A stretch of DNA of 64,000 nucleotides from Mitosporidium daphniae (GCF_000760515.2 NW_013546622.1:1-64000), one strand, 5' to 3'. Numbered from the stretch's first letter, positions 1-12,777 are shown. A program made the numbers and translations. Notes: generated by a model not told the origin, from the letters alone.

Positions 1-66
1 GGGGGGGGGGGGGGCATGTGCCTTTCTTTATTCCTCATTCAAGGGTTAGGATTTTAATTTATTCTT

Positions 67-266
67 ATGGCCGCGTCACTTGGGGCAAAATTGACGCTTT
101 TGGCCTCGATTGGGTTCACAACCATTGTGGTATATACGGTCCACTGCCTGCAAGAAAAAGACATTCAGGTATGCCGATTGCTTACTTGATGCAGACCATG
201 AGAAATGGTGTCCTTAGAGATGCGGCGCGAAAGGAAACAAAAAGGCAGGCCGCTCAAGAGCATTAA
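67..266 (+). CDS. PET117: Cytochrome c oxidase assembly factor Pet117 (2 exons, intron 169-194)
   Basis: Spliced product MAASLGAKLTLLASIGFTTIVVYTVHCLQEKDIQ|TMRNGVLRDAARKETKR matches the Pet117 pattern (hydrophobic N-terminus, VHxxQ...GVxRDxxR). 26-nt GT-AG intron. Not seen intact in the ORF track. Confidence 0.8.
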
Positions 267-437
267 AAAGTAGCCACAGCATCTGTGCACACTACACCCA
301 AATTTTTGTACTCCGCACACGGATCCATAGCTAGCTATACTGAATGTTGGATTTATTGGGCCCCTTGGCCTCCTCCCCATCCAATGTGGGATTTGGTTCC
401 CCAATTTACAACACGAACCCTAATTAGTTGCAATTTA

Positions 438-3400
438 ATGCAAGCTGATGAAAATGGCCGCAAGGGCTCCCGCCGCCCTGGTTGTGGGGTTGGTCGGTCT
501 GCCGCTTTAGAACAGCTTGCACGTGCAAAGCGAGAAGGCCGGTCTCTCCTCTCGTCATACAAGGTAAAGATAACTGTTTACCGTAGGTTGACGAAGGCGA
601 GATTTTTGAAGAGGTCGATGAATCCGTCTACAACTCCATCGTACAAGGCCGGCTTGCCGAGGCAAACGACTTTGTAGTCGACGACGATGGCCAAGGATAT
701 ATGGAAACAGGGCTGGAAATATGGGATCAGCCTTATGAGGGTCCATATTCTAGCGATGAGGACCAGTTTCTCGATGGTGATGAGAACCCTTCAGCCAAGC
801 GGCTCTCTACCACCAAAAAGGCAATGCGGCAAAAGCGGCTTCNACCGCAGGGCGGCACCTCTAACAATCTTCAGCGGGCCTTTGCTACAGCAGCCACAAC
901 TAAAGCCTCTTTTTCGACTCCCCAATTGCCAGAAAAAAATGTATTTCCACATAGGCTAACGAATAGGATCAAAGCAATGCCATTTATCAAGCTCTTCTCA
1001 AAGAATTTGATACCGAAGAGGATGATGGGCTGCAGCCTTCCACTTTCAGCAACCAGCGGTTTGACTATCATGATTCATCAGCATTGCCTGTTGGCCAAGA
1101 AGCCCCTCCTTTTATGGAATTTACCGAACAAGACAACTATGACCAATTAATGGTTTGCAGAGAAGAGGATTTTAGCTTCTCAGACCAGACTCCAGAGGTA
1201 GCAAACTTTGCAAACAGTTCCGTCAAGGAAGAGACCATTAAAGAGAGCAGCTCCGATGTCCATATGATGGAAGAGAAGCCACAACACCTCAACATCAAAA
1301 AAGCGGTTACCTCATCCACTTGCAATCGCGATAAGTTTATTCCTCTTGTGACGGACCAGCTTTCAATCGGAACCCGTGCTAGCCTTGCTAACATAGGCAT
1401 GGTGTCTTCCTCCGATACGACCCCAAAAGGGGTCTCAAGGATTGTGGAACACACGGAGGCGCCAGAGCTTGATGGCCAAGATGTCGGAATTAATTTTTAC
1501 TGGATCGACGCTTTTGATCGGCACAATGGCAGCATTGTGCTGATCGGAAAGGTTGCTCGTTTCTGTTAACGCATAGATTGCTGTGGCTCCAGGTCGCTTT
1601 GCCACTGCTACGATGACGGTAAAAGGTATCCAGCGAAATCTCTTTGTGCTACCGCGGCAACATGATCGTGTCACAGGAGCTCCGGTTACATTTACAGACC
1701 TGTATACAGAAATCTCGGCGGTCATGAGTGCCCTACGCGTTTCAAAATTTGCTTGTAAAAATGTCCGAAGGCGCTATGCCTTCGGAATTGCAGGCATACC
1801 AGCCGAGGCGGAGTGGCTTAAATTGCGGTATTCTTTTGAGGACCCAGCATGGACACGTCGTCCGGATGCACGTGAGGAATCTCGAGTGATCGCACATGTC
1901 TTTGGCGCGACAACACCAGCGCTCGAGCTATTTATCATCAAGAGGCGGTTGATGGGCCCCTGCTGGATACGTGTTGCCAATGTCCGTATCCAAAAGCGAA
2001 ATGTATGTATTGACGCTAATGCATAGGCTTCCTGGGTCCGTTGGGAACTTGAAACAGAGTCCCCAAAAAGCGTTACGACCTTGTTGGAAGGTGCCCTGCC
2101 GCCCCCATCCCTGCGATTGATAAGTATCACCTTGAAGAGTTCGCTTGTTGAAGGTGAGCGACGCTCGGAGCGGCGGACATCCTCAGAACAAACAATCGTA
2201 GCAGCTGCTATCGTTGCAGCACGCACAGAGAACGAGTTGCCACTTATTGAGGAGCGTTTTCTTGTAACTGTGGACAATGGCGTGCCCTCGGCGCCGTTGC
2301 CTTCAGGTTGGCGCGGTGAACGCTGCGCTAATGAGCGCTCCCTTTGCTCGTTTCTGTTGACCCTGATGCAACGTCTCGATCCCGATGTATTAGTGGGGCA
2401 TGATCTGACAACCTTTGATCTTCCTCTGCTGGTGGGGCGATTGAAGGCCCTCAAAATCGAACGTTGGTCGCGTATCGGTCGTTTGGCATTTCGAACGTGG
2501 CCTGGCAGTCCAAACCGCGAAGAGCGTCGACGACCACCCATCGTTGTGGATGCACCGCCTAGTGACCCTGAAGATGAAGAGGCTATCGCCTCTACAACTA
2601 TGCCGCGATTAATTTATGGTGATGTTCTCGCATTTGCTGGGCGGCTTCTTTGCGACACAAGAAGCGGTGCAAAGGGTATTGTCAAGTCCCGGTCTTTTTC
2701 TTTGATCGAGCTTTGCCAAACTATGGGGATCAGTGTTGACATTATGGCTTCTCATGTGCCACATCACGAGCCAGTAAGGGGATCTCCCCCCGCAGGTCTA
2801 CTTTATGAACTTGGCACGGAGAGTGAAGCTGCGCTTGAATTGGCCATGCGTTTGCGGCTATTGCCATTAAGCTTACAATTAACTGCAATTGCGGGCAATC
2901 TTTGGGCACACACTCTTTTCAATGGCGCAAGGGCAGAGCGGAACGAATATCTGTTGTTGCACGAGTTTCACGCAGCCAAGTTTGTGCTCCCAGATAAGTA
3001 TCAAGGTGCCAGTGCTTCAGATGTTCCTGACTTTGAAGCCTCCAAAGTCGGCAGAGGAAGGCGGCGCGCAGCATATGCAGGAGGACTGGTGTTGGAACCA
3101 AAAGCTGGCCTTTATGACACATTTGTGATTTTGCTTGATTTTAACTCGCTTTATCCTTCCATCATTCAGGAACATAACATCTGTTTTACGACTGCCAATG
3201 TTGAGGCCCCTGATGCGCCCAATGGCGCTGATCATGGAAATGGTGCTGCTGGTAAAGCTAGTGACCTTTCTATCCAACCCGAACCGCAGCCCTCATCGGT
3301 GATCGGTATTCTGCCAAGAATTCTGGGTACATTGGTAGCCAGGCGTTCTGCTGTTAAAAAGCTTCTACAAAGTTGTGAGAGTACTGAGCGCGCTGCTCTA

Positions 3401-4862
3401 GATATTAGGCAGCAGGCGCTCAAGCTGGCGGCCAATTCCATGTATGGTTGCCTGGGCTTCACAGGCTCACGATTCTATGCCAAGTCTTTGGCTGAGCTAG
3501 TCACTGCACATGGGAGAACATTGCTCGCATCTACGGTCGAACTTGTGGAAGCAATGGGGGAATTGGGGGGCTCCTCAGCTCGCTGCCGTGTTATTTATGG
3601 CGACACAGACTCCATCATGATTGAAACAGGATGCACCTCGCTACCTGAGGCACTACGTATTGGCGCAGCTGTGCGGCGGAGTGTCAACGAGCGTCACCGC
3701 TTAATCGAGATCGACCTTGAGGCCGTTTTTGCACGTCTATTGTTACTCAAGAAAAAGAAATATGCCGCATTGCGCTTAAACAGTTTGGAGAACGTAGGGC
3801 CCACAACATACCGCATTGAGACTAAGGGTCTTGACATGGTGCGTCGCGATTGGTGTGGTCTTTCTGTAGAGACTGGCAAGTAAGTGCATTACTCTTATTT
3901 TAGCTTCGTACTGCAACGGATTATGTCACTGACAGAGGGCCGGGATGAAGTTCTAGGGGCCATCCACGAACATCTTGCTGTTATTGGAGCACAAGTACGC
4001 GAGGGACGGATGCCCCTAGATGCCTTCGTCATCCATAAGGTAGGACTGGCACGTTTATTGATTGCAGAGCCTAACAAAAGACCCACAGGCATATGGCGAC
4101 CCCAGGGCACACCCTCACGTTGTGGTTGCCACACAGCTGCAAAGCAGGGGTATCTTTTTGCGAGCTGGCGACCATGTGCCTTTTGTTATTTGCCGTAGTT
4201 CTGGGTCTAATCCATCCACACTAAGTGGACGGGCATATCACCCAGATGATGTGCGGCGCGGGGGCGAGCTTACGCTTGACTATGAATGGTATTTGCAGCA
4301 GCAAGTGTTGCCGCCAGTGGTGCGGCTCTGCAAGTGGTTGGAGGGTACTGACGCCTCGCGACTTTCATTGGCACTGGGACTCGATATACCACGACAAGTC
4401 GTAAGGTCCTCATCACATGGTGAATTTGAATCCACGTCACTGCTTTCTTTGGAGGGAAAGAACTTTGAAGAAATAACATTGAGCTGTCCATATTGCGGCG
4501 GTGCAGTTTCGAGTGCAGAGAATAGCCTTTGCAATGCCTGCGTACGGGCAATACCGCCGTTGACACGTGCTGCACAGATAGCCACCTCCTGTCGACGGGC
4601 CATTGGTGCCTTTTATATGGGCTGGCTGCGATGTGACGATCCCGGCTGCGGGGCGCGAACGCGTACCATCTCGGTGTACGAGAAACGGTGTCCCATTGCT
4701 GGATGCTGTGGCACGCTCCTGCCAGAAATTAGCGATCGCTCACTGTATCTACAAATGCTCTATTGGAAAAAGACAGTGCCGACGATAGAAACGTTGGTCA
4801 CGCGCAGCGCATATCCTGTAGTACAGCTTGGCGAGCTCTTCCGGCGCCTGCATGCTGCTTAA
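438..4862 (+). CDS. POL1: DNA polymerase alpha catalytic subunit (introns 564-586, 941-966, 1552-1576, 2003-2026, 3880-3903, 4040-4067)
   Basis: N-terminal FEEVDE...DFVVDDDGQGY motif; B-family motifs LDFNSLYPSII, KLAANSMYGCLG, YGDTDS, KKKKYA; C-terminal Cys4 zinc fingers. Six 23-28 nt GT-AG introns join the ORF fragments in frame. Confidence 0.96.
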
Positions 4863-5068
4863 CCCTAACCCTAGTGGGGGTGTTAGGGCGATCCATTAAA
4901 TATCCATCAATTAATCGCGATAATTTAGCAAAAAATTTGGATGTTGATTCCATTTGCACAAAATGGTGGTCATCATTGCGGCCACTTCAAAGTACCTCCT
5001 GAGAGCAACTCGACTCAACCCAATGGACACCAAATTAACCCTAATTAATTTTTTTTTTGCATTTTGCA

Positions 5069-6579
5069 ATGGAGCACGCTACTATGGTCAAGCCCTCTAC
5101 GGAGCGCGTGCCACTGGATGCCAGCGAATGGCCACTGCTGCTGAAAGTAAGCGTTTAGCACTGATCATAGAACTTTGAAAGAATGCACGTGCGCTCTGCA
5201 CACTACACACCGCTTCCTAATGGAGCGTCACCGCTTTCCCGCGATCTTACTAACTATATCAGGTGGGGCCTTTTTTCGTTTTTCTTTATTTTTTCTTGTG
5301 GCTTGCTTGATCGTTTAATCCATCTAGATATGGTGTGATAAATTTGGACAAGCCCGCAAATCCATCCTCGCACGAAGTCGTCGCATGGATTCGGCGCATT
5401 TTACGTGTCGAGAAGACGGGACATTCAGGCACGCTGGATCCAAAAGTCACCGGGTGTCTTATCGTGTGCATCGACCGTGCCACAAGGCTAGTCAAAAGCC
5501 AGCAGAGTGCAGGCAAGGAGTATGTTTGTGTGGTGCGCCTGCACGATCGCTTTGGAAGCGGCGAGCTGGAACAGCGCCTACGCGGGGCGCTCGAAGGGCT
5601 GACTGGTGCCCTGTTTCAAAGACCACCGCTGATCAGTGCTGTTAAGCGTCAACTGCGTGTACGCACCATCCATGACTCGCTGTTGCTGGAGACCGACGAA
5701 GAACGCTCGCTGGGTGTCTTTTGGGTCTCCTGCGAGGCCGGTACGTACATCAGAACACTCTGCGTGCATCTTGGTCTGATGCTGGGCGTTGGTGGCCACA
5801 TGCAAGAGCTAAGACGTGTACGCTCCGGGGCTACTTCTGAAGCTGACGGCATGGTGACCATGCACGACCTACTTGATGCGCAATGGCTCTATGATGCGAC
5901 ACGAGATGAGTCGTACTTGAGACGTGTTGTTAGGCCATTAGAGTCATTGCTTGTCTCCTACAAACGACTGATGGTGAAAGACTCTGCTGTCAATGCGATT
6001 TGCTATGGTGCCAAGCTGATGATTCCAGGTCTGTTACGCTATGATGCGGGGATCGAAATGGAAGAAGAGGTTGTCATCATCACGACCAAGGGCGAAGCCA
6101 TTGCACTTGGAATTGCACAGATGACAACGGCCGTGATTGCTAGCGTTGACCATGGCATAATTGCCCGGATTAAGCGCGTGATCATGGAACGAGACACGTA
6201 TCCCAGAAAATGGGGTCTCGGACCCAAAGCTGTGGAAAAGAAGGCAATGATCAAGAGTGGACAGCTGGATAAGCACGGAAGGTCCAACGAAAATACGCCT
6301 TCCGCTTGGTCTCAAGGATACGTCGACTTTTTTTCCCCAAAGGAAGACATGGCAGTGGATAAGAATGCCACCGTTTCATCGACACGTATTTCGTTCGTAA
6401 CCCCAGTCGAAGAAAAGTCTGGCAGTCTGGTCGATAACCAAAATGAAGACATGGATGATGGTCAGAGCAGCGACGAAGACGAAAAGAAACGCGTTAAAAA
6501 GGAAAAGAAAGACAAGAAAGAAAAGAAGGAAAAAGAAAAGGACAAAAAGGACAAGAAAAAGAAACGGAGCTCTGACTAG
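5069..6579 (+). CDS. CBF5: H/ACA snoRNP pseudouridine synthase Cbf5/dyskerin (introns 5147-5170, 5263-5327)
   Basis: [40 protein letters not shown] domain, KKE-rich tail. Confidence 0.97.
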
Positions 6580-6740
6580 CACCGATCGTCATTAAGCAAG
6601 TAATTTTATAAAACAACACTTGAAAGTTAAAGAAAAACTCTTAATTGGTTTATTAGTATATTTAAAATAGGGATAGGGCGGCTGCCCAGTGTCGACCGCA
6701 CAATGGCGACCAGTAAAGTGAACAGGGGGCGTGGAGGGGG

Positions 6741-9575
6741 CTATGACAGCGATCTTAGAGGACCACATGTCAGTGTAGCATCTGTAATCGAGAGGCCTTG
6801 AATGAAGGCGCACTCAACGGGCTCCATTGCAGTAAGGGACTCGTCAAATGTTTTCTTTCTTGTACGCTTTTCTCGCCGACGCGAGGCAGACTTCAAGCAA
6901 AGAAAGTTTGGTTCCATCACGAAACCAATCAAGCCGCTAGTTGATGATGATGCACATGCATCTCTGAGTTCATCCAGTCGCTGCTCGACGAGATACAGCA
7001 GATACTCTTCCGTGAGAAGCCGCACCGTTTCAAAAAGTGACAGCGGCGTGGTGGAGGCAGCCGGGGCCGGCTGTGCAACAACCACTGCAGAGGCCCCATC
7101 ACCCACAGGCGTGGCGGCCTCGCATGCGCCTTGGTCAAAATGAAGATATTCAGCAAGGATTTCCTCATCCCTAGCACAGGAGCCTTCTACCTTTTTGTGA
7201 TCTCTGGTGGCAAAAAGTTGGTCCATAAAAATGGCGATCACAAACGACCACTGGATGAGCAGGTTCTGTAAATGTCGCTGCATTCTTTCCAGCTCTCCAT
7301 ACGATATCGGACCGATGTTGGGAAGAGCCCCGTTTTTCCGTTTGGCAGCCGCATCTAGATGGCGGCAATTTTCCTCCCCTTCGCGGGTATCCTCGCTGGC
7401 CTCGTAATCAACGCAACTATCAAGAAAAGATGCCCAAGCGTCCCAGTCAAGCTGGTCATCCCCAAAAATGAGCTCCATTGACGTAATAAATTGCGCAAGG
7501 ATTTCTTCCGGAATAAAGGAAGCATCCATCTCATCAATAGATCGTGAGAAAGACGCAGAGAGCGACGGGTCTGTACCTAAAGCAAAAGCTTGTGCTCGTA
7601 AGCCGCAGTCCCGCTCATGAGAAACGTGGCGCTGCAATTCGCTTGCTGCCTCGCGCACGGCGGCACGAGCCAGCCGCCTAAGCTCCGCAGAGCCTGGAGC
7701 CGACAGACTAGCTGAAGGCGATCGATTCGTGCAGGCACTTGAAGAGAAATCACATTTGGTGGCAGCAGTTCCAATTACGACGCCATTGGCGCTGCGCAAG
7801 GTAGTGGCAAGTGAGTGCAGAGAGACGCGTTTAAGCAGCATCATGGAGAGCTTCTTGAAAAATTCGAGCTTCACCACCAGCAACTTGGATGGAAGTGTGG
7901 CCGGGGTATGCCATGGCTGGCCTGTTGGCCAGCCATTGACGTCAAACTGGACATTTTCCAGGTCTCGAGCGCTGAAATATCCTTTGACAAGCATCGTGAT
8001 CAGTCCAGGTAATGTCTTGGTGCAAAAGAGACGGACATTTTCTAGTTGTGCCTGAGTAATGCCATTGGTCCAAAACGAAGCAAGAAAACATTCCTGGATG
8101 ACAGCGAGGGAGGTAGCATCGAATCTTTGTATCATTGAAAGGATGCTCTGATAAAGTCGCGTTCCTGGAGATCGATTTTCGCTCTTTTGAGAAGGAAAAA
8201 AACAAGAAATTTCGGACACCGAGTTCGTTTGGTTTGCATTGGAAGCCTGAAATTCTGGAAAGCTCTTAGGGAACACGCCAAGCCAATAGAGTGTAAATTC
8301 CTCTTCAAATTGCAGATACTCTTCGCGTAAAATTAGGGAAAGCAGCAAGGTAGTATGATGCTGCAGGCCAAGTCTGAAAAGGTCACCGTGCTCAATGGGA
8401 AGCGCGTCTGGTGCAGCCATGTGCAACCTCGCGGCAAACCGATCAATGGATGGCGGATTAGCTGTAACGCAGGAGAGGCCGCCGGTGGCCAAGCTGTAGA
8501 TGGTAACTGGTGACGAAGTCTGTCGATTCCGTGACGGCCGGATGGTAAAGTGCGATTTGATAGAGTGGGGAATTGAGTCCACAGTCTCTACAGTGCCAGT
8601 CCCCGCTCCATATGACGAGGAGCCAAAGCCGGTATTGGGGACCGGACTTGAAAGTGCTGGAGCCGCTTCTGCAGTCGACATGGGTGCCTTCATCCTGATC
8701 CCGTAATAATGATACTTGGAGTGGCCGCGCGTACCAAGACGCCGCGTGCGCAAGTTTGGAAACACAGAGCGGATAATCTTACCAAAAGAGGCAGCATTGA
8801 CTGGCTCGATGGAATCGGCAACGCACGATTCATAATAGTGTGTGTACAGCAACGAACGAGGCATGGAAACACCTTCAGATGACTCAAAGTGCGATTGGAG
8901 CCAAAGAACGACATAGGGTGACTTTCCCTTGATGGCTGTCATTGAGGATACGGGGGCACCTTGCTCACTACCGTATTGATGGTGGTGCCAAGTAGGACCA
9001 CCAGATGGGGTAACATAGTCCACAATCATGTTGTGACCGTTACCGGTGTGGCCCATCATGCCGAAAGATGGTGGCGCAGAGAGACACTCAAAGGGGGCTG
9101 TTGAAAAAGATGTGGATGATAATGAAATATATTCAGGCGAGCCGATGAACTCTGTTTGCGAGCCGCCAAAGTCTATAGACGTGGAGAGCGGAAAATCCAC
9201 CGATGTAGATTCACCATAATCGGGCGTATCAAGAGTGGATGTGGAGTATTCTGCAGAGGAGAAGTAATGATTAGACGAGAGGAGTGCTGCAGTCTGCTCG
9301 TGCGAAATGCTTGCCGTTGAGGTGGGCGCCATCAGCGAAAGCGCAGTGCCAGGCTGCGCAAAGGGGGCTTGAAAGTCGGAGGGGAATGCAAAATTAGATA
9401 ACGGGGCAGAAGATGTGAAACTTGTGCGTGGAGAGTGAGTCAGGAATGCAGAGTGAAAATTTGTATGAAATGACGAGTGAGCTGATGGGGGCGAGTTTAT
9501 AATGATATCAGCAGCGCCGAAAATCTTTAAGGAAATGGCCTCTTGATCTTCTTGGATATAATCAGAGGTCATCAT
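6741..9575 (-). CDS. RFX-family winged-helix transcription factor (Rfx1/Sak1-like)
   Basis: 944-aa ORF containing an RFX DNA-binding domain: [55 protein letters not shown]. Confidence 0.9.
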   Translation of the reverse strand: MMTSDYIQEDQEAISLKIFGAADIIINSPPSAHSSFHTNFHSAFLTHSPRTSFTSSAPLSNFAFPSDFQAPFAQPGTALSLMAPTSTASISHEQTAALLSSNHYFSSAEYSTSTLDTPDYGESTSVDFPLSTSIDFGGSQTEFIGSPEYISLSSTSFSTAPFECLSAPPSFGMMGHTGNGHNMIVDYVTPSGGPTWHHHQYGSEQGAPVSSMTAIKGKSPYVVLWLQSHFESSEGVSMPRSLLYTHYYESCVADSIEPVNAASFGKIIRSVFPNLRTRRLGTRGHSKYHYYGIRMKAPMSTAEAAPALSSPVPNTGFGSSSYGAGTGTVETVDSIPHSIKSHFTIRPSRNRQTSSPVTIYSLATGGLSCVTANPPSIDRFAARLHMAAPDALPIEHGDLFRLGLQHHTTLLLSLILREEYLQFEEEFTLYWLGVFPKSFPEFQASNANQTNSVSEISCFFPSQKSENRSPGTRLYQSILSMIQRFDATSLAVIQECFLASFWTNGITQAQLENVRLFCTKTLPGLITMLVKGYFSARDLENVQFDVNGWPTGQPWHTPATLPSKLLVVKLEFFKKLSMMLLKRVSLHSLATTLRSANGVVIGTAATKCDFSSSACTNRSPSASLSAPGSAELRRLARAAVREAASELQRHVSHERDCGLRAQAFALGTDPSLSASFSRSIDEMDASFIPEEILAQFITSMELIFGDDQLDWDAWASFLDSCVDYEASEDTREGEENCRHLDAAAKRKNGALPNIGPISYGELERMQRHLQNLLIQWSFVIAIFMDQLFATRDHKKVEGSCARDEEILAEYLHFDQGACEAATPVGDGASAVVVAQPAPAASTTPLSLFETVRLLTEEYLLYLVEQRLDELRDACASSSTSGLIGFVMEPNFLCLKSASRRREKRTRKKTFDESLTAMEPVECAFIQGLSITDATLTCGPLRSLS

Positions 9576-9895
9576 TTGGATGAGCTGGCTCGAAGATGGG
9601 TTGATGATGATGTGAGGCTGATGATGGTGGCGGCCCTGGACACCAATGGCCTATATATGTTTGATGGTGACGAGATCGGCATGTTTAGATAGCATGCCAA
9701 TAGGTGGAGTGATTATGGTGATTGCGATGATGTTTCGATGATGAGGTATGCGGTATAAACAGAGCGTGATGGGGCTCGCTGATAAGAGCACGATTCGCTG
9801 GTGACCATCATCAACAATAAATTAGCAATAATTAAAAATTACTTTGGGGCCCAATGCGTGGCGGACTGTTCAACAAAGTGCCGTTCGATTGGCAT

Positions 9896-10044
9896 TTTAA
9901 AGTTGAACCGCGTTCATTTAAAGTCGAGCCGCGTTGATTTAAAGTCGAGCCAATCCTCGTTTAAAGTCGAGCCAACCCTCGTTTAAAGTTAAAATCGAGC
10001 CAACCCTCGTTTAAAGTTAAAATCGAGCCAACCCTTGTTTAAAG
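9896..10044. repeat. Degenerate tandem array of about 6 units of 21-29 bp, core TTTAAAGTCGAGCC(AACCCTCG)
   Basis: Read directly: tttaaagtcgagccgcgttga, tttaaagtcgagccaatcctcg, tttaaagtcgagccaaccctcg, tttaaagttaaaatcgagccaaccctcg and similar, in the divergent RFX / YABBY-like intergenic region. Confidence 0.9.
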
Positions 10045-10045
10045 G

Positions 10046-10057
10046 TTTGGCGGGAAA
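10046..10057. promoter_or_regulatory. E2F-type binding site TTTGGCGGGAAA
   Basis: Matches the canonical E2F element (TTTCCCGCCAAA on the minus strand), about 85 bp upstream of ATG 10142. Function untested. Confidence 0.4.
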
Positions 10058-10141
10058 TGCACAAATTACGGCGCCATTGAACACCATAGTGTATAAGGAC
10101 ACACTATAAATTGTGCCATTGATTAGTAAGACTATTAAACT

Positions 10142-10480
10142 ATGGCAAAATCAAGCAGCACAAGCGCTACCGCATCGCAAACCAAGCCAGCAGCATCAAC
10201 AAAAAAAGTTTCCGCCGTAAACAGCAAAGGTTTCGTCATATTCGTTTTACGTTGCAGTAAAAAAGTCCTCCACCTCCAAGGATGCTTCCGCAAAGAAAAT
10301 CACGCCGTACACCAGCTTCATGTCCACAGAGTTGCCAAAGGTGAAAAAAGCAAACTCTGCAATCAGCCATAAAGATGCCTTCAAGCTCGCTGCGCAGAAT
10401 GTATGCATGGTTTTTGCTTATTTTTACATTAGTGGGCCACATCGCCCCTCAACCCTAAGAACGGCGGAAAGGCTCGCTGA
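10142..10480 (+). CDS. Small basic YABBY/HMG-box-like DNA-binding protein (introns 10230-10257, 10401-10432)
   Basis: K/S/A/T-rich N-terminus followed by TPYTSFMSTELPKVKKANSAISHKDAFKLAAQN|WATSPLNPKN, the YABBY/HMG-like helical signature (Y..F...E...K...I.HK.AF..AA.NW). Confidence 0.8.
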
Positions 10481-10878
10481 CAGCGCCATGTACAGGAGAT
10501 CTGCTTTTTACATAAATATATCACACGACTGCGCACCACAATTTTGTCAATTACAGCTCCAATATGGGCCGATCAGCAGGGCTTTATTGGCGGCTTACTG
10601 ATAGGCAAGAACTATGAACCAGGCTGGCGTTGCACGTTGCAAGCTATTTCGCCAGCAAGGATGCAGAACTGTGTAGCCTCCGTCAATCAATGCCACAAGA
10701 AAATATGGAGACGTGGCAGTTCGCGTGATATTCTGAATTTATTTGGCCGGTACGCTCCTGCCCCTAGCTGGGATGGGTGCGTAACGTGTGCATGTAGCGA
10801 ATTTCAGCATGTTTGTGCCATTTAAATTTTAATTTGGTTTAATTTAAAAAAATATCGCGCACTACTTTTTGCATTTCC

Positions 10879-12777
10879 ATGACCGTTCCTGTGCTCCCCT
10901 CAGGTCCCTCTACCAGCGTGCTCACAGACAACATCACTGGGGCAAATCACAACTTCAAGCGTATCCAAGTTGTGCCCTCCAGTACAGACTTTCTCGATAT
11001 TGTGCTCAGTAAAACGCAGCGCAAAACACCCACCGTCGTGCACAAGGGCTATCAAATCTCGCGCATTCGCTCCTTCTACATGCGCAAGGTCAAATACACA
11101 CAAAGCACATTTGAAGAGCGGCTTCAGCAAATCACAACCGAATTTCCGAAAATCGAAGAGGTGCATCCATTCTACGGCGACCTGATGAATGTGCTCTACG
11201 ACCGCGACCATTATAAGCTGGCGCTGGGCCAAGTAGCTACGGCGCGGCATTTGGTGGAGCAAATTAGCAAAGAATATCTAAAGCTGCTCAAGTTTGGCGA
11301 TTCACTTTACCGTTGCAAGCAGCTCAAACGTGCTGCTCTTGGGCGCATGGCCACCGTCATGCGCCGCCAGCGTGACGCGTTGACATACCTGGAACAGGTG
11401 CGCCAGCATCTTGCGAGGCTGCCGTCCATCGATCCGGCATCACGCACGCTACTTATCTGCGGCTTCCCAAACGTGGGCAAGAGCTCATTCATGAACAAGG
11501 TCTCACGGGCAATGGTCGACGTGCAACCATATGCCTTTACAACCAAATCCCTTTTCGTGGGTCACTTTGACTACGAATATGCGCGGTGGCAGGTCATCGA
11601 CACACCAGGGATTCTAGATCACGCACTTGACGAGCGTAATACGATCGAGATGCAGTCCATCACGGCATTGGCACACATCAGAGCGACGGTGCTCTTTTTT
11701 ATGGATCTCTCTGAACGCTGTGGTTATACGATAGAACAGCAGCTGTCCCTGTTTAAGTCTCTGCAACCGCTCTTCCGAAGCAGGCCCGTCGTATTGGTGG
11801 TCAGTAAGTGCGATTTGGTCCGCGTAAGTGACCTCTCACCAGAAGTGGCTGCACAATTAAAAGCAGCCACAGGCAGTGTGCCCATTGTAGAATGTTCACA
11901 AATGACCTCTGAAGGCGTTATGGCTGTACGCAATGTCGCCTGTGATTTGTTGCTGGCCCAACGCAATGTTCAGGGCGCAGAAGGCGGCATCACATCAAGT
12001 GCAAATGGAATTCTGGCACGCTTGCATGTGGCCAAACCAGTTGCACGAGATAATATCAATCGGCCGCCATTGCTGCCACAAGGCATTGTGGTGCCTTCTA
12101 CAGAACCTCTTTTACGCGAGATAGAGCTAGCAAATGGCGGCCCAGGAATCTTTTCCTATCCAGCGTCTATGCACCATCTGAAGGCAGACTGGAAAGAAAG
12201 ACCGATTCCAGAAATTCTCAACGGCAAGAACATTGCAGATTTCATTGATGCAGACATTGAAGCGCAACTGGAAGCTTTAGAGGCAGAGGAAGAACAGCAC
12301 GAAATGATGACCGCAGACGATCGCTCTGCACGTGTCGAGCGGCGCAACAGAGTGCATGCTATTCGTGCTGTGCGAAGACACGAAACTGAACGGCGTACAC
12401 TGACCCGTCTTGATTCGCGCTCACGAAAATCCAATGCCAATCGTCCTAGACCACGAACGCGTATCTCTGCACTGGGAACGGAGGCTTCTGCCATTGAGCG
12501 TCCAATTAGTGCTAAAAGATCGGCATCTATTTCAAGCAGCAGGTCATTGAGTATGCATCCGATGTCGGAACGCTCACGCTCTCGTGTACAAGGCCGCGAA
12601 ATGAAGGGCCACAGCACAGAAAAGGGCCATGCTACGTCATCATCGCTCGTGTCTCTCTCACAGCGCCATCGCAACCGCATGGGTCGTGCCGGTGATGCTG
12701 ATCGCCATGCCACGGCCTCAATACCCAAGCACTTGTTCGCAGGAAAGCGGCGCAATGGCACTCACGATCGCCGTTAA
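10879..12777 (+). CDS. NOG1: Nucleolar GTP-binding protein Nog1
   Basis: [41 protein letters not shown]-terminal [14 protein letters not shown]. Intronless. Confidence 0.97.
   Translation: MTVPVLPSGPSTSVLTDNITGANHNFKRIQVVPSSTDFLDIVLSKTQRKTPTVVHKGYQISRIRSFYMRKVKYTQSTFEERLQQITTEFPKIEEVHPFYGDLMNVLYDRDHYKLALGQVATARHLVEQISKEYLKLLKFGDSLYRCKQLKRAALGRMATVMRRQRDALTYLEQVRQHLARLPSIDPASRTLLICGFPNVGKSSFMNKVSRAMVDVQPYAFTTKSLFVGHFDYEYARWQVIDTPGILDHALDERNTIEMQSITALAHIRATVLFFMDLSERCGYTIEQQLSLFKSLQPLFRSRPVVLVVSKCDLVRVSDLSPEVAAQLKAATGSVPIVECSQMTSEGVMAVRNVACDLLLAQRNVQGAEGGITSSANGILARLHVAKPVARDNINRPPLLPQGIVVPSTEPLLREIELANGGPGIFSYPASMHHLKADWKERPIPEILNGKNIADFIDADIEAQLEALEAEEEQHEMMTADDRSARVERRNRVHAIRAVRRHETERRTLTRLDSRSRKSNANRPRPRTRISALGTEASAIERPISAKRSASISSSRSLSMHPMSERSRSRVQGREMKGHSTEKGHATSSSLVSLSQRHRNRMGRAGDADRHATASIPKHLFAGKRRNGTHDRR

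Noticed and set aside
1..14. Leading poly-G run
   Set aside because: Truncated at the window edge and possibly a sequencing artefact; it cannot be interpreted.
224..232. GGCGCGAAA (E2F/SCB-like) about 205 bp upstream of POL1
   Set aside because: It lies in the PET117 coding sequence (Ala-Arg-Lys), and a single short match is not enough evidence.
1774..2541. Long antisense ORFs (also 21924-22703, 12156-12761, 56073-56678)
   Set aside because: Shadow frames of conserved genes with no independent protein features.
6770..6790. GTGTAGCATCTG as a U2 snRNA branch-recognition sequence
   Set aside because: Short imperfect match antisense within the RFX CDS, with no flanking U2 stems or Sm site.
9896..10044. 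Repeat array as a CRISPR array
   Set aside because: Degenerate tandem units without spacers in a eukaryotic promoter.
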